From: Phoronis australis
Taxonomy: Eukaryota > Animalia > Phoronida
Length of the DNA stretch: 54,247 nt
Assembly (NCBI GenBank): GCA_002633005.1
Contig: NMRA01001106.1
Span: forward strand, 1-54,247
Reading direction: 5' to 3'
Of the stretch, positions 12,174 through 24,100 are shown in pieces; positions within the stretch are counted from its first letter, which is position 1, and every line of letters starts with the position of its first letter. Below the pieces are notes generated by a model. The model had not been told where the DNA came from, ran no database searches, and was given only the letters and a program-made list of their open reading frames with translations. The translations under genes were made by a program, and so were the position numbers.

Positions 12174-15100
12174 CTGAAATAGACAAGTTTATAAGCGTGG
12201 ATGGTGCTTAAGATAAAGTTTTATAAAAAGAATACAATTGACTGGCTTGTGTGACAAGATTATTGTAGTTATATTTGAAGGAGAATCATGTCCGCTAACA
12301 GGTGTACCCTATCGCAAGCCGTTCGGCGGAAAACGTCGCCAGTAATGACGTACGAAATTACCACCGAGACTTCCCTCGTGTTTTACGACCGTGATCGTTA
12401 TACATGTATTGAAAGAGTAATTTGAGGGTGAGGTCTAAAGAAGTTGTGCTTTCGTAGTTTTACACTCGCATTTTTTGCTCCATATCTTACGCTCGTATTA
12501 GTAAGCTCGTAATTTTACCAAGACCGGGTCGTTATATTTAGGTCATGCCAGTCAACGCCACTTAAAACTCAGTTGATACTGTTTTGTGGCGCAAATGGTT
12601 TGTTATTCAAATGTATTGAATAAAGAATTCGCGACTTACCACCATCATTTAGAAATTCGACATCATTACACCCCCCCCCGAAAACCGTGTTGAACCTAAT
12701 ATGCTTTTTGTAATGCCATACACTGTGCGACTGTGTGCGTCATCTGCACGAACTGCTAGGAGTAAGAGAAAGAACATTCGCCTAAAATTTGATAGTGAGA
12801 AAACACGGTAACACAAAAAGAAACATTATCAGACTGCCTGCTAGACGTACATTTTGCCACCTCGGTGTGTACTAAAACGGACCAAATTCAAATGCCTGTG
12901 ATGATTGGGTCAGCGAGTCAAAAATATCAGCCAATCTTGGATATTTGTCAATCTTTTGCACTTACATACTTTGCAACCGAGATTTTACGAGCGTAAAATT
13001 ACGGGTGTACAAAGACTGCTTCAGACCTCATGCGACCTTCAAGTCAATTTGTCATTGGATTACTTTACCAGCCAAGTTTCGGTCGTAAAACCGAGCGTAA
13101 TTACTAATCAACAACATCCGTTGTGAAACACGAGTGAAGTCTCTGTCGCAATTACTAGCCTAGTTAGGGGCGACACTTTCCAACGAGAGGCCAACCATAG
13201 TACCCACCAATCCACTGGCAACGTGCCACAATACTTCTGGCTGGTTTACAAAAAACTGTTCCTTATATGGTCAAGCAAGTGTTAGGATCGCGCTATCACC
13301 AAACTGTTCCATGTATAGTCATGTATATGAGTGGGTTAAGCTTGTACCACACTGTTCCTTATATGGTCATATGTGAATAAAGCATTCATCAAATTGTTCC
13401 AAATATGGTCATGTAGATGTGTGGTTTAAGCTTGTACCGAACTGTTCGCTATATGGTCAGACTGTTCCATTTGTTTGGATTATGTTTGCATCAAACTGAT
13501 TTGCAGGGAAGAGATTTCTTTATGTATGCCACAACCTTTGCAAATGAACTCGGGCATAGTAGTTCTTAGCACATTTTGGCAATAGTTTCGTGTATTTGCA
13601 GCGGTGCCTTCTTCGCTGGTTTAGTTTGTGATTCATTACATCCATAGAACAATACACTTAAACTTAACACAGTTTTCATCTTGTGCCTCACAGTTTATTT
13701 GTGCATGTGACAGGGTCGAATAGTATTGCAAACAATATCTGATCATTCAATACCACAGGCCTACCTTTGCGCGAAAGTCGCTCGTCTCCATTTGCACAAC
13801 ACCACACCTGATATCAGCAACTTTAAAATCGCCGTCAGGGTGACCAGCAAAGTGAAGTTGTGTTTCTTTGTTTATCTTCTTAAACCTTGTAAGAGGTGGC
13901 GGTAGAGAGTCCAACTTCTTGCAGCCTTCTATTGAGCGGGGAAGAGGTGCCTGTAAGTCCAACTTCAAAACAGCCACGTCCAGATCATCGTTAGAATACA
14001 CTAGTGAGTCGACACAGCAGCCGGCAACTGACTCGAGTCCAAGCCATTTTGATTTGTCGTAATAAAAGAGCACTGCACTCTTTTTGACTGAAACAAACAA
14101 GTTGACATGTGAAATTCCGAACAGTGTAAAGTCAGGTTACACTGTTTATTTCCATATATATGTAACACAACACTCACATAGGAAAACCAGCAAACTCTAT
14201 ATTTGAATTCAGCGTTTAGAAATAAAACTAACATCGTATAACAACACCGTTCCCAAAGGCATTTCAAGCATGAGTGTAGTCAAAGGTGACCTTTTAATAA
14301 CCCGTGCAAGTTTTACGTTAACAAAAGGTGAAAGGTGCTTTTTGGAAACACGGGTGCATATTATGTTGCTGAGGGCTATCTTTGAAAGAAGTGCTGTCAC
14401 TGAAGAGGCCACCCTCATTTTAAATACCACAGTAAATAAATAAACAGAAACACTACATGATAGCGACCTCCACATTTTTGTATTTTTTCTGGGCAAAACA
14501 AAGACACAAAACTTGAAAATGAACGACAAATTGAAAATTTAAGCAATGAAAAGAGACATCTGAGGTCAAGTAATAAAACTAACGAAGGCCCATGGGTCTT
14601 TGGTCAGGTTGTTTGGATCTCATGAGAGCAATGCCCCCGTCTATTCATGTATAACCTCACACTGAAGTCGTGATCGGTTCACTAGTGCGATTGCTACTAA
14701 AACTCAAGTCAACAAATTTCGGATATAAACCATACTCTGTTATCAGAACGGATTTTATTAACATGCCTATTTGAGAGCGTGAAACGCCCATGTTTTTTAA
14801 TCTTTATTTACATATTGGTTGAGATAAGACGTTCTCCATCACGGCTTTACATCTGATGATAACGCACCTAAACAAGTAATATCCATGAACTTGATTTGAA
14901 CCAACCATGAAGAGTCATTTCTTCTAGACAAGCCTTGTCTGAGATGAGACTCACGGAAAATGGCCTCGACCAAAACTTTACGTAAAAACAAACCGTTAAG
15001 TAAGAGATAATTTTACCCTTTGTTCTGAAAGTAACATACTGAAACATAACAGTGTGCACTTGTTCAATCTCAAGAACAGTAAATCGTACTGAATTTATAT

Positions 15101-18100
15101 TTCTAACTGTTCATTTGATGATTTGAAGAACGTGGACAGTTTCAGGAAACAGTGTGTTGGGGAAAGCATTTGACCTTTCTTTGGATAATCAGAAAATAGT
15201 AGCCTTTGTTTTTACCGTCGTCAGTTTATAGCCTTTTCAAACGCGAAATATTGAACTGGGACTAATTTTGGTCTGCTAGAAATAATCGCAGAAACAAACT
15301 CCTAGAACCTTGTTAGCCATAACACTAATTCCAAGGGAAGATTGTACTGAAAATTGGCGTTCAAGGGCAATTGCCTTGCGACATTCTAGCCCCAAAAACT
15401 GACGGAAAAGGAGTGGGTCTAGGCCGACGGCAGTTTCTGTGCTAAATATATGTAGGAAGTGCGTGCCACGCATGGCGTTCAGTAGTAGTTCCTGGAAGTT
15501 GCTGTGATTAAATGAAATCAAGAAATTTGGTCTCTGCTCTTATCTACGGGAGTCCCGTCATTTTCAGAGCATAACCTCAGACTTGTTTAGTTGGGAATGT
15601 TGGCACGATTACGGGTAACTCTCAGACAAGCAACTTTGCCAGTTTTTATGAACATTAAGCTGAGTGGCAGAGCATTACAATTTTTGTCTAATTTCTTGCA
15701 CAGGTGGATTCTTAAACCAGTGATTTTAGGTATAAAAATGAAGCAAAAATTACACTTTGTGGCCATTTTTGGCGTCTGATTTTTACGGTGGACTCGACAA
15801 GACAAAGAAATGACATGGTTGACTGTTTATAGAAAAACCATCAAGTATACTTTTGCTGAGTTTTGCCTTTTTTCAGGTGTCACGATACTGTAAACAAGAC
15901 CCAGCTTTATTAACCCAGACCAGTGATGACCTCAAAATCAGTTACTTGATCTGTACAGCTGTGGTCTTTGCTGGTCAAGTTAACTCCAGCGTAGCATATG
16001 CTGAGCGTAGCGCTCTGCACGTATTTAAAATGAACCAGAGAAAGGTTTCGCAGAGCGTTACTCAGCAAGAAGTACACCAATCAGGGAACAGAATGCACTC
16101 ACGATCATCGCCGAGTTTTTCAGCAACGTGCCAATTGGTCATAACGTAGTCAGGGCCAACGCGGAAACCTGAACCTGTGCCGGTTTGTCCAACAATAAGA
16201 GCAACTGATGTAAAGGCTGTTGACAAAGATGTGTGGAAATGTGCCGACATCGTCTCTTTGTTCAAATCAAACGCAGGACCGAAGCTACACTGGGGCGGCA
16301 GCTTTCTGGAACTTGTGACAGGAAAGTAATCTAGAAGAAAACAAATGTCAAACCATTTTCCAGTATCATCAATGATCTCTTCAGTAAACATCGAAGTGAT
16401 GTTTATGTCTCCGTTATATTGTGTCACAGGTGTACCTGTCAAACACAACACAATCTACAGAGGTTGACCAGTTCGCTCACACAAGGATAATGATATACCA
16501 AATGAGGTGGCGTGCTGTCATTTCTGAAGAAAAATCGAGGAAGTGACGAGCGGATGATATATTTGAAAATGAAGTGAAAAAGATTTGACATCAACAGAAA
16601 TTCAACATATGTATGAACAAATTCCGTTTTAGTGGCAGAAAACCACTTTGAATCATGCAATTTATTCTGTTCTTTATGTTACATTATGCCACTTTAACAA
16701 TGGACTCGTTCGATATCTCAGGTGGACCATCCACGACTTATTAGAAACTGTTGTCTTCTAGATTTGAAACCAAATGGGGTTCTTTTGCCAAATCGTGGCA
16801 CTCCTTGTGTAATGAGATCGATTAGACTGTATTAGATGCAAAATAAAACTAAAGATGGTGGTAATTAACCTACTAAAGATTACAATTAGAAATGACTGTA
16901 AACTTGAGCGTTGTTTATCTGACATGTTTTAACTAAGTCACTTGGTTAGTGAGGACAGTATCACTGCATTAGACAAAAACAGCTTCTTAATCTATTCGGC
17001 ATGACTTCGATGGGTTAACTTATCAAACCTAAACTACATGTAGAAATTGGTAGTCATCGAGTCTGTTCACACCATGTGTTATTTCACAATCGTTGATTTG
17101 AGCGAGGTGCCATCTGCCGCTATACGAACTACAACACCACCTATTGGAACACAATATACATACTGTATAAGGACGGATGTTCAGACCAAGAACACTGTGC
17201 CCAATTATCAGTCGTAGAACAGCTTGGATCAATTGGTTCCATACACACTGAACTGAATTTATGGTATCAACATCTCATTTAGTGCATTGGGTGAATAAAA
17301 ATCGATAATTTATCATTTAGAAGCTTGATGGGACTAATCATTCCAATTCGTAGTTCGTTAACAGTGAAGTTTACAATTTATGATTGTGCGTAAATAGTAT
17401 AAAGCCAATATTTATGACTTATATTCATACATGTTTACCTGATAGCCTGACGTCAACACCCAGAATTCCCAGCTCACTTTCGTCTCGCTGTGCTCTTATG
17501 TTTATATCTACCCAACCCTCGGGTACTGTTGCCCCGGAAGACTGCAAGTAGTGCATAACAGATCTTCCCAACTCTAAGGACGGATCAGTTGTGGGTGCGA
17601 CTCTCGCTTCAGCTCCCTCAGCAGAACTCGGACGTTGGCTTCCCTGCCTTTTTTTCTTGTGATTCTATAACCAATCATAAAAAGTGCACTACTATGCTAC
17701 CATGGGCTCGGCATGTACACGCGATTAGGAAGAAGCAACGCATAAAATTTAAAAAGCATGAAATTCGTAAAAGTTTATCCACTTAATGAATATTGTAAAT
17801 AATATGAGTATTGACAAACTAGTTAATTTGGTTGAGTAAAGATTATTTAGTTGTGAACAACATTCACGACAACCAAAATTTATCGTCAAAATGACAAACT
17901 AGGGTGTACCTTGAGGACCTCCTTTATTTTTTTAATAGTTTCGGCGGCGATGTTGTTAAAGAACACGTTGCCCCCTTTTCCACAAACATCATAAGCTGTT
18001 TCTCCTGTCTGAAAATTGACAAATGATTATAAGTATTGAATTAAAGGACACATATACAGTATCAGCAGGTACTCATAATGGATAATTTTGAGGATCTTGT

Positions 18101-21100
18101 TGGGATAGATGGACGCAACCTCCCTAACTCAAGTAAGTTTTATTCCATCTTTAGATTAAAAATTTTATCTGAGTCCTAAACATCCGTGGAGAACGAAAAG
18201 GTAATACTCCACTTAAAATACTGACTTCTTTTAGCTGTGGGTTCTTCAAATTTTTAAACAATCACATAGTAACCTGGTTACTACATCAAGTGAATAGTTT
18301 AAATTTGTTAAAAATCCCGTTTCAATAGTCGCTTAGGAGTTTACAAAAAGTAGAAAAGGACTTTGTCAGCAACCTTGGACGCTGTTCCATTGTACCGGGA
18401 CATATAATTACATATACATGTACAACTGTAATGAGTTATGATGCTTAAGAACACTGGTTACCTAACCATTGACAAACATCCAATGCAGATATTGACAGCT
18501 TACATGTACCACACAATTTGACTGACACTCTTATCTCACCGTATTAACAACCGTCGCATCGACACCCGTTTTCAGAAGCAGTTCAACAACTTCTAGATGA
18601 CCACACGAAGACGCGCTGTGCAGCGACGTGTTGCCTCCCTACAAGAAGTATTGAAATTTGTTGACAAACCAAAAACAAGTTTGCACGATATTCAATTGCT
18701 GAATAAACAGCTAGTGCAAATGAAAATTGAATAGTCAAAAAATAAACAGAGTTCAAAATGAAACAGCTATGACTTATTTCAGTCACGTAACAAGGACATT
18801 TTGTTGCCGAACGATTTTGGGCATTACAGAATAGAGCGATATGACACTCTCGGTAAAGACGGACGAGCACGGAAATAGTGCATACAATAGAATTTATTTT
18901 TAAGATTCAGGGTGGTATGCCCTAATTGTTCACGCATCACGTGGTCGTTGGTGTTTTTCCATAGCATCTGACACACCAGCGTGTGTTGTTACTTATTTGT
19001 ACACTCGATTTGTAAATTTTGCTCCTAGATTTCACTCAAGTTGTTTCAAATATGTAACCAACAGCTTTGTATGTGGCGCATGCTCGTTAGGTTGTCTAGG
19101 GCCCAAGGAAACGTCCGAATTGGCTACCTTCGTAAAATAATATCTCAAAATAGCTGGTCCGACTCAGAAACTATTTTCATGCACTGTTCGCTAACACACT
19201 GTACGAAATTGTTTTTGAAAGATGACATTTTTGCATGACAGGCTGTCAAAAAGGATGTTCACGATTTTCATTAAATTTATGCCAAAAAACGAAAAGATGT
19301 TTAGAAACAGTACTAAATTTTGAGATCTCATCTTGAAGATTTATACGAAATAAAATCTGATATCATTGTTTTGTTATCAACGTACCTTTCCTTTCAGATA
19401 AATCACGTGATGTAAATAGTGGGAGACTAGTAAAGAGGTAAATTTAATTTTTTGTAGTTTAATTACAGAAAGTATAAACATTAACTCTGTTAAAATCCAC
19501 ATTTTAGACACTTTTTATAATACGCAGACTACTCAATCAGGCCCACAAAACCATAACACACGTGTATAATGGTAAGCGAAACTGCAGCAAAGATATCATG
19601 TTGCTGGGTGGATAGTATCAAGACACTATCACCTTTACAACGGGATTATGTTTTACAATCACTTGGCTCGCGTTTATGTCGATGACAGGCGGGAATGCAG
19701 ACCGTGCCATCGGTGTCAACACTCAGCAAATGAAGCACCTTCATGCAAAGTGTTTTCGATTCTTGGCGGAAGCCTACATCGCAGAATTATCTGTTGGCGA
19801 TCTGGTGACACTGAACCGAACATCGGCTGGCCGTCGCATGAGTGATGAACTCTTGCTGAGTGGCCGATGTGTTCACGACTCTTTAGATTGTCGTAGGGTA
19901 AGAAACGTCGGACAAGCATTGGTTTGCATCTCAAAATGCCTTAATCACAAATCAGGCGAAGCTCAGCCTATATCGCGTCAACTGAATTCGGTCAATCTTT
20001 TGTAGTAGTGGGAACAGCTTTCAGTAACCAGTCTGTGTTTCAGTAATACACAACGCGTATTCAGAATGCCACTGACATTTATTCGACCACTAAAGCATAC
20101 GCTGTATGAGATTTGTTTACTTGGCACATTGTAATGCACTTTAATTCTAAAGAATAGTAAACGAAAATTTTTGAATAAATAAAGAAAATTGTTGCCCAGT
20201 GCAGAGTATTGTGTGTTTTACGCATTTAGGCACTTGCGCCTATATCCGAAATAACTGCCATCAGGAAATTTTCATACCCAAATGTTTCGCACAAACGCAT
20301 GCATAATGCTTCTCTTATAGGCACAGGTGGATATCCTTTCATGTTTTGCAGGCTCTAGAATATTTCATTTTACGTATTGGCCTAAATACGCGAATATAGG
20401 GTAAAAATACATGAAACACACAGACACACTGGCTTACATGCCAAATGTTCAGAATTTATAAAAGGAAACCAATGAAAAAAAGTTTACTGACACCCCCACA
20501 GTTATTGTCTCAGCTCTACACCTTGGTTCACTAAATTTCCTAGGTAAAAGTGCCCTAAAATATCAAAATTCTAAAATACTTAGCACTTTTTGGAATATAC
20601 CGAACTTGTTGCTTGGGGGTCTAGAAGCTCAATGTTCTGAGTATGTTTTTTATAAATTGGCAGATTTTATTCGTAATTCGGAGAATTGTCGATTTTCGTG
20701 GAAGCATAAACATGGAAATCATAGAGCAACGAACCCTTCACATGTAGTTTCACTTCATAAACGTCAATCAAAAATTAAAACATACACACATTTCCAGTTC
20801 TCAACATGTTCATTTATACAATTTTGTGCATCTTTCAGTAAGGAGCTTCTTGGCAATTTATCCAGTTCTGCGATCAAGAATGGCTTAAAATTTGCACGGA
20901 AAAGATAATGGAAATTGAGGTTTTCACAGCCGAAAGTGCGGGCCTAAAATTCACAATTTATAAGAAAAAAGATTGTGCAAGTGGCGGCGAAAGGTGGTTA
21001 TGACTGGATAGGTGGCACATGCTTAAATACATTTTACAAGCAAGCCATGCCAAATTACGTCGTATGGAGGTCGGAAGTTAACATCATTACAGAGAACATC

Positions 21101-24100
21101 AAGCAAACCACGCCAGGAACATACACAGTCGTGCAGTCGGATCAAAAATAAGACACTTTGATGGGGTTATTGTAAATTCAAGTAATCTGCAGTCCATTTC
21201 TCCTCTGGTGAACTATTTTGTTTTCCATGTACTAAAATGCTCACACCTAAAAATTAAAGTAGGTTGCACCATAGCCATCGATAAAAGTATATATTACCCG
21301 ATAAATTTCATAGAAAAGCAAAGTGATTGAATTATACTGTAATATAGCATCTTTAATAATGATGGAAGTGACTAAATACGAAAAGGGTTGTCATTCTATT
21401 AGTTCATACATTTGAGACTATAAAGTGGAATGCGAATAAATATTTTAAAAATATTTAATTAATTTTAATATTAAAATGATTCGATTTAGTCTCAGTCGTA
21501 ACATGAAATCCATCTTAAGAAATGCGAGTCTCTGATCCTTTCTGAAGATATGAATATTTTTGTTCATTCATTTAAGTTTTTGCGTAATTGCATTTTCACG
21601 AAAGCGCTCGTCTAGCGGAAGGTTTTGACCAGAACGTTTATTCCAAAAAGCATTTGATGCGCTGCGCCGAGAAATATGTCCTGGTACCCGAAATACGATG
21701 GTACTGTGAGGGGTGAACCAAACTTATTTGATGGCTTTCAAACTAAAATGTTTACGTATTTCTTATTTGTGTTCAAGATCCACCATACCAAACATGGCGA
21801 TTTAGTCTTGTCACTTTTGTCTTGACCATCTAGCATCAACAAAGGGTTTTGAGACAAAGATCCACATCTTGTAGTACTTGGTAATTATGAAATGGTTTTA
21901 ATTAATTACTAGAAGATGGGATTCGACACTTTCGTTGAAATTGTTAATAGGAATAGACATTTCAACGGAATATTTAGATATTCATTTATTTTACTCACAA
22001 GGAAACGATTTTGATTGATCCTGATCATAGCACACATTTTGTGTGTGGGCATTATGTATTCCACTAGCAACTGCAACACAAGCGACTTTATTCGCGGAAT
22101 ATCTTCGTATCGCACTGACGTGATTAAAAACCTGCATAGACTTTATGAGGTGATAAAATTAAAATCTATGTCTGTGTTCGGCGCCTTATGGTGTGGTTGG
22201 TTTTTTAGTTAGTATGCCAATAGTATGATCACACCAGCGACTCTGGTTTCACTGCGTGTTCTGGGAAGGTACGTGCAGTGAAGAAGTGACTCTTTGTATA
22301 ACTCCACGTAAAGAGGTTGTTCATTTTTGATGAGATATTTATTATGAATGAACAATTCCTCGAACTCAATATTCATTTAAAACACGTTTATTGGAACATT
22401 TACTAAGCTCGGAGTGCAGCACTCTTGAGATACCTTGTTTACGGCAGTCACCTCACAACTGCCTTTATTGACAAGCAGCTCTACGACCGCTGCCTTTCCA
22501 CTCTGCGACGCCAGGTGTAATGCTGTATCTCCATTCTAAAGTGAACAAAAATGAGAGAATGCCGGTCATCCTTAAATATAGCGAAGTGGGTGTGTCAAGA
22601 GGACGTCACGTTTTATACCTTTCTGTTCCAGAACTTCACCATCAGTTGCATACTTACTGTATGAAGCCGGTGACTCAACAGAGCACGACTACACCTGACA
22701 TTTGAAATCAGATATAAATGAGCGATATTTCTTAAATGCTGACCTGTTTTAGTCACACGATTGATAATATGGTTTTAAATATCACAATTTGATTCTATGT
22801 AGTACAACAGAGTCACATTAATTTAGTGAGTGATATGGAAATGCAAGTAAAGAACCATTGCTCATTGTATAACTCCAGGTGACGAGAAAACTGTTTCTAA
22901 TTACTTAATGTCGCGAGCACGTCATGTCACGTGCACGTCACTCCACGTGCAGTGGAGACAGCATTTACAAACAAAATCACAATTTGTGATTATCTAATTA
23001 AAACACGCAATAATTAGCCTAGTCACGTATTGTGTTCATCAACCTGTGTGTCAATAATTACCTCATCACGAACATTCACCTTGGCCCGGTGTTCGATGAG
23101 ACACTGTACGATGGCTGTATGACCCCCCTGTGCTGCCTGGTGCAGCGGTGTGTGGCCCTCCTATGGAAAGCAGAAGACATTTAATTTGACATTGTTGAGA
23201 GACATTAGATTATAAAAAATATCAACAAAATTTGTTACTTAATAGTTTTAATCATCTCTTGTGTAAACAACTAGTTCAACCAAACAACCTGTGTGTCATT
23301 AATTACCTGAGTACGGACATCCACTGTAGCGCTGTGTTCCACAAGACACTTCACTGTCTGTGTATGACCACCCTCTGCTGCACAGTGCAGCGGTGTCCAG
23401 CCCCCCTATGTAATATATAATGGAGATGTGTGAATGGACGATCAACGTTTAGAGCAAATTAACATACACAGGGGATCAGTGAACTTGAAAGGTGACATAA
23501 ATGAAACATTACTGACCCCTCTAAGACGCTACAATACTTGTAATGATTTCAACAGGAAAATGTTGAGTTTTAGAACAAAACAACAGAGCGTGTTCTGTGT
23601 TCCCTGTCTCGTTACAGGCCGGTAACACACAGCAAGTAATTGGGCGCTGTAAAGTGTTGGACAATCAAAATAACGTAGAAAATAAATCTGAAACTAAATG
23701 AGGCGATCCAGATCGTCTGAAGAAAACTATTGTTTGACGAAATGTAGAATATATATAGGTAAATAAAACAACAATAATGAATCAACTGAAATGTTCGGAT
23801 GCAGCTTTGGCAGTTCTCTGTTGGAAAGCAGACGACATTTATTTTGACATTGTTTAAGGACATTACATTGGGAAAATATCAACAAAATTTGTTCTTCAAC
23901 AGTTTTAATCATCTCTTGTGTGAACAACTAGTTCAACCAAACAACCTGTGTGCCATTAATTACCTCATTACGGACATCCACTGTAGCGTTGTGTTCCACA
24001 AGACACTCCACTGTCTGTGTATGACCACGCCGTGCTGCCCAGTGCAGCGGTGTCCCGCCCCTCTATGTAATATATAATGGAGATGTGTGAATGGACGATC

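Noticed and set aside
19096-20624. ORFs at 19648-20005 and a possible TIR element
   Set aside because: No domain motifs. The end similarity (ctagggcccaaggaaac versus inverted gttgcttgggggtctag) is too imperfect to set boundaries; probably a transposon relic.
23232-24077. Plus-strand duplicated Cys-rich ORFs
   Set aside because: Antisense shadows of the twin ankyrin exons.
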